The translations under genes and the position numbers were made by a program. This document shows positions 24,303-37,695 of a stretch of DNA of 64,000 nucleotides, piece after piece. Source of the DNA: Ostrea edulis (taxonomy: Eukaryota); assembly GCF_947568905.1 (NCBI RefSeq), contig NC_079164.1, forward strand, positions 53,444,001 through 53,508,000, given 5' to 3'. Numbering within the stretch: position 1 is the first letter of the stretch; each line of letters opens with the position of its first letter. A model generated the notes under the pieces. It saw only the letters and a program-made list of their open reading frames with translations. It searched no databases and was not told the origin of the DNA.

Positions 24303-25992
24303 CCTATGTAAACAGCGCAGTCCAGCATTGTCTGTCAACATAGGACTAAAAAAATTCCGTGTTTATTTAAATCAATGGGATAAAACAAGCTTAACTTGGT
24401 CAGGATATTAAAAAACTTATCTAGGCAACGAAAGGAGACCAATGTGGAAAGGTTTGATTGTCTTGCCATTTATCATGAAGAGGATGACATATTTCACACA
24501 GTGGTAATACGTTCTTAGTAATTGAAGAAGCGATGTATGTGTTTGGAAGGTTAACGGGGCTAAAAGAAAAGAAACATGTTCTTGTAACTAGGCGAGTTTA
24601 ACGGCGTGCGAATTATTCTGTATGGCAAAGCAACAAGTATTGCTTACCATTGTCTATATAAGTAAAGAGTTGTACTTTGTTAGATTAAAGACTTTTTCAA
24701 ATCCCCCAAAAGTATAATTTCAAAACTTGATTTCATAAAGTAATCCTTCAGGTAAAGAAGATCGGACGAAAGCTGCTCATTCAGGAAAAGAGACACCTGG
24801 TCGATGTGCAGTATGCCCGAGATCTGTTAATTTTCTTCCCAAATGGACATATTTATACATTTTTTTCTACTTACACTGTACTTCTCCATTGTTACCATGA
24901 CGAAGGGTGATAGGTAAACATGTCCAACAGGGTCATTTTTGAAAAATAAAATAAAAATTATTTTGCAAACGGAATGGATAGTTCCAGGTTTTATTGTGTT
25001 GTTTTCCGTCACTTTTGAAAAAAAAAATCGCTCATATAGAGACATCAGCTGTGGGCAAAAGTACCACAAAATTTGATCAATGCATGACACGCAAGGCCGT
25101 GGCAGTAAGAGTTCATTATTATGGTTGTATCCGAATGACCCAGGACTGTCGACGCTTGTTGAAGGAATTGTCACTATCTATGTTAAACGAGGTTTCGTGA
25201 AAACTTCCTGACCTTGATTTCTTCCAATCATGGTTCAAGGGCGTAGGGTGGGGCTACAATCGGGGATAATGGTTTTACATACATATGTATAGGAAAAATC
25301 TTCTCAAGAACAACAGGGCCATGATTAGTTATAGTAATGTGCAAGCATATCCAGGTAGTGCAGATTCAAGTTTATTCAAATTGTCACCCCCAGAAGTAGG
25401 GGATCAAAATTTTAAATGGGACATATAGGTATAATCTTTAAAGATCTTCATCTCAAGAACAGGATCATGATTACTTATATTAATATGCAAATATCTCCAG
25501 GTAGTGCATATTCAAATCTGTTCAAATTTTGTACCCCAGAAGTACCGTAGGGCTACAATAGAGAATCAGTTTTACATGGTGATAAATAGGAAAACCTCAA
25601 GAACAGCAGGGTCATGATTAATCGTTTGAATCTCGAAGCATCCCTAGATAGTGCAGATCAAGTTTTTTTTACGTTGTGGGTTGGAGCCTCAATAGGTGCT
25701 CAAAGTTTTATATGAAAATATATAGGTTAACATCTTTAAAATTCTTCATCTCAACAACAGAGGGCTATGGTTAGTCCTATTAATAGCAAACATCTTCAGG
25801 TACACTAGTTGAAATTCAATTCGGGGGTAGAGTGGGGTGACAATAGATCACAGTTTTATATGGGAATATACAGGAAATTAAAACATATTCTTTTCAAACG
25901 TAGCAGGGCCACACAAGTGTATATCGAAATGCAAACGTTCCTAACTTGAATACATTCATTTCTAATTCCAAGTTGGTTAGGGTGAATCACAG

Positions 25993-26043
<51 letters not shown>

Positions 26044-26130
26044 GGAAAGAAAATCTTCTCCAGAACAGCAAAGTCATGTTAGTCGAATCTGGTACTGAGG
26101 CTTGCCCACGCCGTGTGAATTCAAGTTCGG

Positions 26131-27289
26131 TTTTTAGGTCACCTGAATTCATTCAGGTGACCTATTGCTATCTGTTTTTGTCCGTCGTCGTTCGTCGTGC
26201 GTTAACATTTGAACATTTTCAGCTTCTTCTCTGAAACCCCTGAACCAATTTTAACCAATTTTGGCATATAGCATCTGTGGGTGGAGGGGAACAAAAATTG
26301 TGAAATTCGTGGTCCCTGCCCCCCTGGGGCCTGAGGGGTGTGGCAAAAACCATCAAAATGAGTGTAATTTTATAAAATCTTCTTCTTTACTCCTGGACAT
26401 CAAGAAGCCAAACTGTGGGCATAATTATAATGAGCGTTGAGCCCTCTACCAAAATTGTGAAATTCATGGCCCCTGGGGCAGGGGTTCTTGTGTTAGGGTG
26501 GGGCTCTATTGGTCATATAGTGAAAATGTAGAAATTCTTTGAAAATCTTCTGCTCTGTCTCTGGGTATTAAGTAGACAAATTAATAGCATGGTAATGATG
26601 AGCAAGGATGCCTCTTTATAACCCCCACAACTTGTTGTGGGGGGGGGGGGTATACTGGAATCGGGCTGTCCATCCGTCCGTCTGTCTGTAGACGCAATGG
26701 TTTCCGGGCTCTAAAGCATTATCCTTTCCACCTACCGTCACCATATCATATATATGGACTACCCATGGGATGAAGATGTTCCCTATCGATTTTGGGGTCA
26801 AAAGGTCAAAGGTCAAGCACACTGGACATCGAAGTAGCAATATGGTTTCCGGGCTCTAAAGTGTTATCCTTTCCACCTACAGTCACCATATCATACATAT
26901 GGACTACCCATGGGATGAAGATGTTCCCTATCGATTTTGGGGTCAAAAGGTCAAAGGTCAAGCGCACTGGACATTGAAGTAGCAATATGGTTTCCGGGCT
27001 CTAAAGCGTTATCCTTTCCACCTACCGTCACCATATCATACATATGGACTACCCATGGGATGAAGATGTTCCCTATCGATTTTGGGGTCAAAAGGTCAAA
27101 GGTCATGCGCACTGGACATCGAAGTAGCAACACTCAGAAAAGAGGTAGTTTATACCTATTACCAACACCCTTTGGGAGATTGGGTTAAGCGGGGGGTATT
27201 CTTAGTGAGCATTGCTCACAGTACCTCTTGTTAAAAATTGTGAAATTCATGGCCCCTGGATCAGGGGTTCTGGTGCTAGGGTGGGGCTC

Positions 27290-27339
<50 letters not shown>

Positions 27340-27769
27340 GTCCTTGGGTATTAAGTAGACAAACCAATACCATGGTTATGATGAGCAAGGATGCCTCTTT
27401 CAAAATTGTGAAATTCATGGCCCCTGGGTCAGGGGTTCTGGTATTAGGGTGGGGCCCTATTGATCATATAGTGAAAATGCATTTTATTTCTTTGAAAATC
27501 TTCTCCTCTGCTGCTGGGTATTAAGTAGACAAACTAATAGTATGATAATGATGATCAAGGATGCTTCTTTCAAAACTGAAATTTATGGCCCCTGGGTCAG
27601 GGGTTCTGGTGCAAAGGCGGGGCTGACCACATAGCTATTCAATGTATCTTCCATCCAAAAGATACATCCAAAAGTAAGATTTTTATGTTTAAAACACAAA
27701 CCTAATTCAAACATTGGAAGGTTGTTACATGATACTCAGGTGACCTATAAGGCCCCTGGGCCTCTTGTT
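26131..27769 (+). mobile_element. HINE-like element carrying a nested second element (~26614-27231) with three ~146-bp monomers
   Basis: Outer termini TTTTTAGGTCACCTGA and CTCAGGTGACCTATAAGGCCCCTGGGCCTCTTGTT. The nested unit starts TTTATAACCCCCACAAC...(GTCC/GTCT)n and ends GGGGGGTATTCTTAGTGAGCATTGCTCACAGTACCTCTTGTT; the same end occurs at ~31776. Confidence 0.75.
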
Positions 27770-27927
27770 TCATGATCCTTTGGGGCATAATACTGTGTCA
27801 ATAATTCCATGGGAATACACATTTTCAAAAATCACAACAGCTGAATAAGAACAGGGCCAAGATAACTAATGTGAGCGATGGGCCTATTGTTATTTCACTG
27901 AAATAAACAAATCCCACACAGAAACCG

Positions 27928-28517
27928 TTTTAGCTCACCTGAGCTGAAAGCTCAAGTAAGCTTTTCTGATCACCCGTTCTCCGTCTGTCTGTAAACTTTT
28001 CACATTTTCGACTTCTTCTCCAGAACTACTGGGCCAATTTCAACCAAACTTAGCAAAAAGCATCCTTGGGTACAGAGCTTTCAATTTATTCAAATGAAGG
28101 GCCATGTTCCCTTCAAAGGGGAGATAATCACAAAAATAGGGTGGGATCATTTAAAAATCTTATCAAGAACCACTCGGCCAGAAGAGCTGAAAGCTTCCTG
28201 ACATAGTGGAGATTTGAGTTGTTTTTTTTTAAATTATGACCCCCGGAGGTAGATTCGGGCCACAATAGGGGATCAAAGTTTTACATACAAATATATAGGA
28301 AAAATCTTCTTCTCAAGAACCACTGGGTCAGAAAAGTTTACATTTACATGAAAGCTTCCTGACATAGTGCAGATTCAAGTTTGTAAAAATTATGGCCTCG
28401 GGGGTAGGTTGGAGCCAAAATAAGAATCAAAGTTTTACATGCGAATATATATAGGGAAAATCTTTTAATATGGGCCAAGGTAACTCATTGAGCGATGTGG
28501 CCCATGGGCCTCTTGTT
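27928..28517 (+). mobile_element. HINE-like element (Cg170-monomer type), short copy
   Basis: TTTTAGCTCACCTGAGCTGAAAGCTCAAG 5' end, GTCT microsatellite, and GAGCGATGTGGCCCATGGGCCTCTTGTT 3' end. Confidence 0.75.
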
Positions 28518-28869
28518 ATGAATGCCATATCACTGGTCATTATAAATGAAACTTATGATCATTTTGAGAAAAGAAATGTAGGGTGGGTATGTAGGTGGAA
28601 GTTCTGTCCACAAGCAGCTTTTGTACATAACAAAAGGGGTAAATATGGAAATGTTCAATGAAAAACACGACACATACATTGTAATGTTTTCTGATCAAAG
28701 TTTGTCTATCATTTCTGTTTTAATGGCAAAGCTTAAAATATATAACTTCCAGCGTATTCCTATTAACAAAATTCTTTATCAGAGTGTTAATGGTCCTCAA
28801 ATAGTCATAAATATAAATGGTTAGGAACATTTACCCAAGATTGAAGAAATCTATAAATCATGAAAGAGC

Positions 28870-29455
28870 CCTATGCCTTGATCAGGTACACGGAGTAATT
28901 CGTAGTCAAAATCAGTGTACCAAGAACGGCCTAATAATTGGTATGAAACACGTCAGACATCAATTGACCCAATGATATGTTGTATTGGCAAACTAGATCA
29001 TTATAACGAGCATAGAATTTGCGAAATACTGATTTTAAACGAGATTGTTGAAACCCCTGTAACATCAACTTGTTTGTCAGTAGCCTGTCTCAATTAACTG
29101 ATCATACGCAGAATAAGCTCTTGTATATCGAATCAGTTGAGAGATATAAACACCATATGCAGGTGATGATGGAATATTGCTACATAAATATGGGACGTTG
29201 ACGATGGAGAAGCTAAAATCATCCTGTTTGTCATAAAGTTGAGTGGTTAGTTTGTCCTTAATATCAATTTTCAATAAAATATCTAAGTACGAAGCAGATG
29301 TGGGGAACTCTGTGGTGTCTTTTATTTCGAGTTCACATGGATATATCGAATCGACATATGAATGAAAATGATGATTGTTAATAGATAAAACGTCGATATA
29401 TCTAAATGTCGAGTTGAAGGCCACAGCAAGAGATTTTTCCCTCTCATGTAGAAGA
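28870..29455 (-). pseudogene. Penelope-like element reverse transcriptase, C-terminal fragment
   Basis: AFNSTFRYID(D)VLSINN...IYPCELEIKDTT...ASYLD...LYDKQDDFSFSIVN...SNIPSSPAYGVYISQLIRY. It is truncated by the HINE at 29473; the start of track ORF 29077-29538 is HINE-derived. Confidence 0.8.
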
Positions 29456-29471
29456 GGTGGGATCTTTTGAA

Positions 29472-29472
<1 letters not shown>

Positions 29473-29507
<35 letters not shown>

Positions 29508-30842
29508 TCACCTTGGCCCATATCTGAAGACTTTCCATATATATTTAAATGTAAAACCTTAGTCCCCATTATGGCCACAACTACCCCTGGAGGCTACGAT
29601 TTTTGCAAACTTGAATCTACACTACGTCAGAAAGCTTTCATGTTAATGTCAACTTCTTTGGCCCAATGGTTCTTGAGAAAAAGATTTTCCCTATATTTGT
29701 ATGTAAAACTTTGCCCCCGCCCCCCACTTGTGGCCCCATCCTACACCCCGGGGGCCATGATTTGAACAAACTTGAATCTGCACTATGTCAGAAAGTTTTC
29801 TTGCAAATATCAGCTTTTTTGACTCAGTGGTTATTGAGAAGAAGATCTTAACTATATATTTGTATGTAAAACTTTGACCCCCCATGTGGCCCCATACTAC
29901 GCCCGGGGGCCATGATTTGAACAAACTTGAATCTGCACTATGTCAGAAAGTTTTCATGTAAAAATCAGCTTTTCAGGCTCAGTGGTTCTTGAGAAGAAGA
30001 TTTTTAAAAAAAATTCCTATATATTTGTATGTAAAACTTTGATCCCCTATTGTGGCCCCATCCAACCCCCGGGACCCATGATTTGAACAAACTTGCATCT
30101 GCACTATGTCAGGAAGCTTTCATGTAAATCTCAGCTTTTCTGGCTCAGTGGTTCTTGAGAAGAAGATTTTTAAAGTTTTTCCCTATATATGTGTATGTAA
30201 AACTTTGATCCCCCCTTGTGGCCCCATCCTACCCCCGGGGGTCATGATTTGAACAAACTTGAATCTGCACTATGTCAAAAGTTTTCATGTAAAAATCAGC
30301 TTTTCTGGTTCAGTGGTTCTTGAGAAGAGTTTTTCTATATATTTGTATGTAAAACTTTGATCCCCTATTGTGGCCCCATCCAACCCCCGGGACCCATGAT
30401 TTGAACAAACTTGCATCTGCACTATGTCAGGAAGCTTTCATGTAAATCTCAGCTTTTCTGGCTCAGTGGTTCTTGAGAAGAAGATTTTTAAAGTTTTTCC
30501 CTATATATTTGTATGTAAAACTTTGATCCCCCCTACCCCCGGGGGCCATGATTTGAACAAACTTGAATCTGCACTATGTCAGAAAGTTTTCGTGTAAAAA
30601 TCAGCTTTTCTGGCTCAGTGGTTCTTGAGAAGAAGATTTTTTCTATATATTTGTATGTAAAACTTTGATCCTTTATTGTGGCCCCATCCAACCCCCGGGG
30701 CCCATGATTCGAACAAACTTGAATCTGCATTATGTCAGAAAGCTTTCATGTAAATCTCTCAGCTTTTCTGGTTTAGTGGTTCTTGAGAAGATTTTTAAAA
30801 TTTCCCTATATATTTATATCCCCCGAACGAAGTTCTGGGGGG

Positions 30843-30885
<43 letters not shown>

Positions 30886-32811
30886 CTCCAGATTCGTGTC
30901 CGGGCCATAACTTCTTTGTTCTTTGACATAGGCATACCATATTTGGCACACAGGTGGATCACCATGAGACGATGTGTCAGGTACCTTCATGACCTCTATA
31001 TGACCTTGACCTTAAGGTCAAAATTAAAGTTTTTTTTACAATGGATTCGTGTCCGGGCCATAACTTCTTTGTTCTTTGACATAGGCATACCATATTTGAC
31101 ACATGAGTGTATCACCATAAGACGATGTGTCATGTACCTTCATATGACCTTGACCTCAAGGTCAAAATTAAAGGTTTTTTACAATGGATTCGTGTCCGGG
31201 CCATAACTTCTTTGTTCTTTGACATAGGCATACCATATTTGACACATGAGTGTATCACCATGAGATGATGTGTCATGTACCTTCATGACCTCCATATGAC
31301 CTTGACCTCAAGGTCAAAATTAAACGTTTTTACAATGGATTTGTGTCAGGGCCATGACTTCCTTGTTCTTTGACATAGGCATACCATATTTTACACATGA
31401 GTGTATCACCATGAGATGATGTGTCAAGTACCTTCATGACCTCTATATGACCTTGAACTTTAACCTCAAATTGATTATAGGGTTTTGACATAGTCATACC
31501 ATAAGACATGGGTGTATCACCATGAGACTATGTGTCATGTACATTTATGACCCCTTTATGACCTTGACCTTTGATCTCAAGGTCAAAATTATAGGTTTAT
31601 GGCATGGATTTGTGTTCGGACTATATCTTTCATTTTCTTCTACAAAGGCATACCATATTTTTACACTCGGGAAAGAGGTAATTTATACCTATTAACAACA
31701 CCATTTGGGAGATTGGGGTAAACGGGGGGGGGGGGGGGGGGGTATTCTTAGTGAGCATTGCTCACAGTACATCTTGTTAAATTCTGGTGATGTTTCTGAA
31801 ATATATAATACAGAGCAATTTTCATTGAATTAAATTTTTGGTGACAAAATGACAGCTATGCTCCTTTAAGATATAAGAGCATATCTTATTTTATACTTTT
31901 GCTGAATACTAGAATATTAGAATTTAGCTTCTAGATTTCATAGTCCTTGGGACTAGTAATACTTTTGTAACAGGAAGGGAAAACCAGACCGGGACTCGAA
32001 CTCGGGGCCCCCTGATTCTCTAGTCAGTTGCTCTACCAACTGAGCTATCTGGCCACCGGCGATTGAACCCGATTGACAGCTACACTTTAACTAGTACTCA
32101 GTTGACCGATATAAGGCCTTTGGGCCTCTTATTTTTTCCCCTGTCTAAAGTATGAAATATTGGAACTTTCAGGGTTGTCCATGTGCAACCTTTACTTATA
32201 TGTGAAAGAAATTATAGACTAATAGATACACAATTTATGTGTGTGTGTGGGGGGGGGGGGGTAGTAGAACTCAGAAAAGGCCTACTTTTATACAGCCAGT
32301 GCTTCATTTGGGAGACTTTACAATCAGTAGATTAAAATCATATCTTGTTGTATGTAAAACTTTGATCCCCCTTGTGGCCCCATCCTACCCCCGGGGGCCA
32401 TGATTTGAACAAACTTGCATCTGCACTATGTCAGGAAGCTTTCATGTAAATCTCAGCTTTTCTGGCTTAGTGGTTCTTGAGAAGAAGATTTTTAAAGTTT
32501 TCCGCTATATATTTGTATGTAAAACTTTGATCCCCCCTTGTGGCCCCATCCTACCCCTGGGGGCCATGATTTGAACAAACTTGAATCTGCAATATGTCAG
32601 GAAGCTTTCATGTAATTTTCAGCTCTTCTGGCCCAGTGGTTCTTGAGAAGAAGATTTTTAAATGACCCCACCCTATTTTTGCATTTTTGTGATTATCTCC
32701 CCTTTGAAAGGGACACGGCCCTTCATTTGAACAAACTTGAAAGCCCTTTACCCAAGAATGCTTTTGGGCAAGTTTGGTTGAAATTGGCCTAGTGGTTCTT
32801 GAGAAGAAGTC

Positions 32812-32842
<31 letters not shown>

Positions 32843-32908
32843 AGACGTACGATGGACAAAATGTGATCAGAAAAGCACACTTGAACCTTCGGTTCAGGTG
32901 AGATAAAA
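29473..32908 (-). repeat. Composite HINE/Cg170-like satellite block: ~166-bp monomer arrays (29540-30810, 32350-32660) plus nested element (30820-31776)
   Basis: Monomer CTATATATTTGTATGTAAAACTTTGATCCCC...GGCCCCATCC...CATGATTTGAACAAACTTG...CAGGAAGCTTTCATG...GTGGTTCTTGAGAAGAAG is repeated. Termini are AACAAGAGGCCCATGGGCCACATCGCTCACCTGAG and CAGGTGAGATAAAAA. Confidence 0.85.
31982..32054 (-). other. tRNA-like sequence (SINE head or tRNA pseudogene) with an 8-nt anticodon loop
   Basis: Minus strand GGCCAGA TA GCTC AGTTGGTA GAGC AA CTGA CTAGAGAA TCAG GGGGC CCCGAG TTCGAGT CCCGG TCTGGTT. Acceptor, D and T arms pair and A/B boxes are present; it sits inside a repeat end. Confidence 0.6.
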
Positions 32909-33274
32909 ACATAAGAATAAAAAAAACAGGTCAGCTAGCAAAGGAGCACAATTCGTGCCCATGGGAATTCCAACAGACTGATTACCAAAGACTCCGAAGA
33001 TATTGTCAATGAGGAACTCCAGCATATTTTTCATTTCAACTTCAGAGTATTAGTACGTTGAATCAGAGTGGTGTTTAACAAAGTAATACTTCTTGTCAAC
33101 AATGCAGAAATGCTAACCTAAGTCACGAGCTGAGGTTCCTGTTTATTTTCAAGAAAAAATGTAAAAACATCAAAGTTACCGAAAGTGGAAGGTTCTGAGA
33201 TTACAACGTTACAAATAAATGAGTCCTTGTTATCTAAAATTAAAATTGCTGAACTTCCAAACAGTGTCTTCCTT

Positions 33275-33442
33275 TTACAATAATTCAGGTCTGATTTTAT
33301 CTTTTATCAGAATTTTATCCCATTCTCTTGAATTCAGTTTCATGGCATCAAGATTCGGAAATGGACTGGGTTCTGTGATCCTATGTAGATCTCCTGCTTT
33401 CCAAACAGCAACTGGTTTTAATACTTTATCGAGAACTCGAAC
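33275..33442 (-). CDS. COG3964-type amidohydrolase (dihydroorotase-like deacetylase), coding exon 6 (last)
   Basis: Acceptor TTTTTAG|GTT, phase 0. VRVLDKVLKPVAVWKAGDLHRITEPSPFPNLD...RPELL*, TAA at 33277-33275. AATAAA lies on the minus strand at 33147-33142. Confidence 0.9.
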   Translation of the reverse strand, partial: VRVLDKVLKPVAVWKAGDLHRITEPSPFPNLDAMKLNSREWDKILIKDKIRPELL

Positions 33443-33548
33443 CTAAAAAGTTGAGATCACAGACATTTACATGTGTAATCTGTCAGATCTACTAACTGAG
33501 GAACATATACATTACTGCATTAATTTTCTGACTACGTGAATAACAAAC

Positions 33549-34015
33549 CTGCGATTGGCAGTCTTCCAGCATAATTGGATCTTCCATCAATTTTAGAACT
33601 GTGATATCGGCTTCTTTCCCAGGTGTCAAACTTCCTATTTTACTTTCCCAACCGATTGCCTTTGCAGGAGTTGACGTCACAGCACGAATGACTTCGGTAA
33701 GAGGCATGCCAAGGTGTAAAAACTTTGACATTACTGTAGGAAGATCGTATGCGGGCCCAACATGATTCCCGGTGTGAAGGTCGGTACTAATGGTGTCTGG
33801 ATAAAAGTTGCATTGCGCGCATATTTCCGCCACTGTCCACCCAAATGAGCCTTGCCCGTGGCCAACGTCAAATAGCACTCTCTTCTCTCTCGCGTTGAGG
33901 ACATCTTGGTGAATAGTCCTGGTACTTGGGTCTAAGATACATGATCTATATGGATGAAACGTGTGGGTATAGAGATCACCTGCTCTCAGGTCGCGGGGGC
34001 ATCCTAATTCGCTAC
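33549..34015 (-). CDS. COG3964-type amidohydrolase, coding exon 5
   Basis: Acceptor TTCTTTAG|GT and donor CAG|GTTTGT; 467 nt. GDLYTHTFH...VLFDVGHGQGSF...PDTISTDLH...FLHLGMPLTEVIRAVTSTPAKAIG...GSLTPGKEADITVL. Confidence 0.95.
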
Positions 34016-34147
34016 CTAAAGAAATTAAGGTAACACTTTACACAAAGCAATCACTGTTCCTGAAGTCTATCAGATTCAGCTTCATTTTTTTTAATCCTAA
34101 ACAGCTCTATGAAAATATTTCAGCCCCTGTCTACCACACATACATAC

Positions 34148-34233
34148 CATTATCAACTTGTGTTTGCACAACAGACATAGAATGGTGAACCATTAGAGGG
34201 ACTCCTGCTTTCTCCGAGGCACGTATAGCCCGT
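34148..34233 (-). CDS. COG3964-type amidohydrolase, coding exon 4
   Basis: Acceptor TTCACCAG|A and donor G|GTATGT; 86 nt, phase 2/1. RRAIRASEKAGVPLMVHHSMS (beta-5 His). Confidence 0.92.
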
Positions 34234-34655
34234 CTGGTGAAGAACAATAAATCTTTTACAGGTACATATTATAATTTGGACTAACTGAGACAACAGCATG
34301 GACCTAAGGGCTGTGTTGCTATGCTTACTCGGGTATCTCCAATCTCTCCCGGGTCTCGTATAGAAAATAACAGGAATATTAATAATTTAGTAAAAGGCTA
34401 GGAAACGAAAGCATGGCTAGAAGAAGTTTGAAATCAAAACAAAGGGATGGAATTACACTGGCAGAACTCCATATGTTTATCCTGTGAGAAAACCGAGCGA
34501 CCGGGAATGTGAACCGAACACTTTGTGAAGATATCTTAGTTTTTCCGGGCATCTTCGAGAGAAATGTTATAATTAAATCGTATCTCTTTGAACACAAAAA
34601 GAGAAGTGCTGATATCCAAACACAAAAACACAAAATAGCAAATATTTGGTAACAT

Positions 34656-36461
34656 ACAAGAGGCCCACAGGTCTTATCTGAGTGTTAGTTAAACGTATCA
34701 GTAGTACCAGGGGCTATGAAATCTAGAACAAATTTCCTTTTCAGCATATCAAAGGCAAATTCTGATATTAGCAACAGTGTCAAACAAAATGTGTTCTTAC
34801 AACTGAAGAAAGACTACATAATTATATGTAGCATTAGCATGATATGACTATTATGGACTCATCCTTGAGTCATAACCCTGGGGTTGCGAAATTCACAAAT
34901 TTGGTATCATGCTTTTCTAAATATGCATTTAGTTTTTATACCGTATCAGCACACTTAAATAAGTCTTTCAAATGATAAAGACAGTAATCACTACTATAAT
35001 TTTGGCCCCACCCTGGAAACAAAACCCTTACCTCCTGGGATCATGCAATTTATAATTCTGATAAGGACTACCTACTCCTTCAAAATACATCTTTAGTTTC
35101 AATTTAGTATCAATATCATTAAAGATGATTTTATTTTACACATTAACACTATATATAACAAGTTTGGCCCGCCCTGCAGTCAGAGCCTACCCCAGGGATT
35201 ATGAAATTTACAATTTTGGTAAAGGCTTTCCTGCTCTGCATCATATGCATTTAGTTTTTCTTACAGATGTTAAGTTGTAGAGATGATTTGTGAAACTTAA
35301 TCAATTTTTGACAGTTTTTGTCCCAACCTTGATGCAGGAGTCCTGAAATTTACAATTTATGTTACACTTGCCCCAAAGATACTTCATACAATTTTAAAAG
35401 AATTGGAAGGGTAATTATGAAGAAGTAAAAATTGTTCAATTATTAACACATTTAATCACTGATCATTTTGGTCCCAACCTGATACCAAAACCCCCACCCC
35501 TAAAATCATCAAACTTACAAATTTGGTAAAGGACTACTTACTCTTTCTAAATATCTATTAAGTTTCATCTATTACACATAAACACTATATACCAAGTCAA
35601 AGCCTCTACCCGAATCATGAAATATAAATTTTGGTAGACGCCTTCCAGCTCTGTGTCACTATGTGTGCGGTTGTAGAGATGAAATATAAATTTTGGTAGA
35701 CGCCTTCCAGCTCTGTGTCACTATGTGTGCGGTTGTAGAGATGAAATATAAATTTTGGTAGACGCCTTCCAGCTCTGTGCCACTATGTGTGCGGTTGTAG
35801 AGATGAAATATAAATTTTGGTAGACGCCTTCCAGCTCTGTGTCACTATGTGTGCGGTTGTAGAGATGAAATATAAATTTTGGTAGACGCCTTCCAGCTCT
35901 GTGTCACTATGTGTTGTAGAGATTGGTTGATTGTATATCGTTTAATGTCCCGTTTCAGAATTTTTCGCTCACAGGGAGACATCACCACTGCCGGTGAAGG
36001 GTTGCAAAATTTAGGCCTACGCTCGGCGCTTACGGCCTTTGAACAAGGAGGGATCTTTATCATGCCACACCTGGTGTGACACGGAGCTTCGATTTTGTGG
36101 TCTCATCTGAAGGAACACCCCCATTTAGTCGCCTCTTAGGACAAGCAAGGGATACGGAGGACCTACTCTAACCCGGATCCCCGAGTATATATATGGTACG
36201 CATTTAGTTTTTCTTAAAGATATGCAGGTGTAAAAAGATTTTTGACAATTGGTCAATTTTTGGCAGTTTTTGCCCAGCCCCTAAGGCCCCAGGGATACAG
36301 GAGTCCTGCAATTTACAATTTATGTCTCCCTTGTTCCAAAGAATTTGAAATGACAGTTATCAAGAAGAAGTTAAAAATGTTCAATTGTTAACAGACAATG
36401 GACGACAACGGACGCTGACCAATTGCAGTTGGTCACCTGATTTTACCCAAGTGACCTAAAA
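34656..36461 (-). mobile_element. HINE-like element containing a 62-bp x ~5 tandem (35617-35920) and a SINE insertion (~35925-36180)
   Basis: ACAAGAGGCCCACAGG at one end and GGTCACCTGA...GTGACCTAAAA at the other. The 62-bp period is read directly (35641, 35703). Confidence 0.7.
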
Positions 36462-36576
36462 AAAAGAAGTAATGAATCCAATAGTTTTCACATCCTGCAT
36501 CGGAGCAAAAAGGTATACATATTAGAGACAAGCTGAATTTTTTGTTTTTATTAAAATATATATCATATTGCAAATA

Positions 36577-37579
36577 CAGGTGACTCTCGATAAAACTTCG
36601 AGAAATCGAAAGATCGAGATTCGGAAATTGAAGGTCCGTCGGTATGGTTCAGATTTTACAGTAATCGGAAATGTTTACCAACAAGATCATATTAAATCGT
36701 TTTGACATGTTTTCCTTCATATTCGTCAGGTAGTTAATATGATATCAAAATAACTACTAAATATCACCCGTCCTTCTCTGTGGAGGTGACACATTTGTGT
36801 ATATAATTGGCTAATTGGTCAGTTTACACCTTGCACCGGGGTTTTGGGTCTTGATGATTAAAATTATATATAATCCGACTATGAATAAAACCTATAATTT
36901 GTTTTGACGTGACAACGAGTAAGTAAGTTTTATACATAATTTAGAGATCTACAAACTGTTAAATTCATATTTATTCATAATTCATATTTTTCCCGCATAT
37001 ACCAGATACAGTACATATTATGAATCAGTATAATTGGTTATGAATACCTGTAATATATATATATATATATATATACTGTGTTTATATATAACTTAAATTT
37101 ATGCAATGACATTAAGTGTATAACGTTATGTAAGTTTATGCACTCTCTATATACTGTTCCTGTATGTATTATATCTTTATATCTACTGTACTGCCTGTGT
37201 ATATATACGTGTATGTGAATCCACTGAGCCATATGGCTCACGGAAATAAAGAAACTGAAATTTCAATTATGCAAACACCTAATTACCCCTCCGGCATTCC
37301 ACAAAATCCAGGTAAGGTCCAAGCAGAAATTATTACACGCTTGGGTAACAGTGGGTATACGCTACCACCACTTCGAGAGATCGAGAGTGAAAAACTATGA
37401 AATGTGTTTTATGGGACCCAACTTCACTTCAAGAGATCGAGAACTTCGAGAGATCGAACGTTCGAGAGATCGATAGTGAATTTGCTTTGTTATATAGAGA
37501 AAAAAATTGGGACCATGATTTCACTTCGAGAGACCGAGAACTTCGAGATCCCCAAGTTCGAGCCATCGAGAGTCACCTG
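36577..37579. mobile_element. Tc1/pogo-type MITE with TA TSD
   Basis: TA|CAGGTGACTCTCGAT at the left, ATCGAGAGTCACCTG|TA at the right, with subterminal TTCGAGAGATCG repeats. Confidence 0.8.
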
Positions 37580-37695
37580 TACATACTTTTTGAGCTGAAA
37601 TGTCGATAAAATCGAAACCAAGCATCAGTTCTAAGGCTAGAGTAAGAATGTGGAAAATTACAAATACAGATTTCCTAGAGTCAAATACAGGTATT

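Noticed and set aside
24470-25200. Coding-like stretches downstream of the tetraspan stop (e.g. QVKKIGRKLLIQEKRHLVDVQY)
   Set aside because: They are short, interrupted by stops and match no motif I recognise; they cannot be supported without a database search.
29077-29538. 153-aa ORF as an intact gene
   Set aside because: It is a chimera of a HINE terminus and a truncated Penelope-like RT with a damaged YIDD motif.
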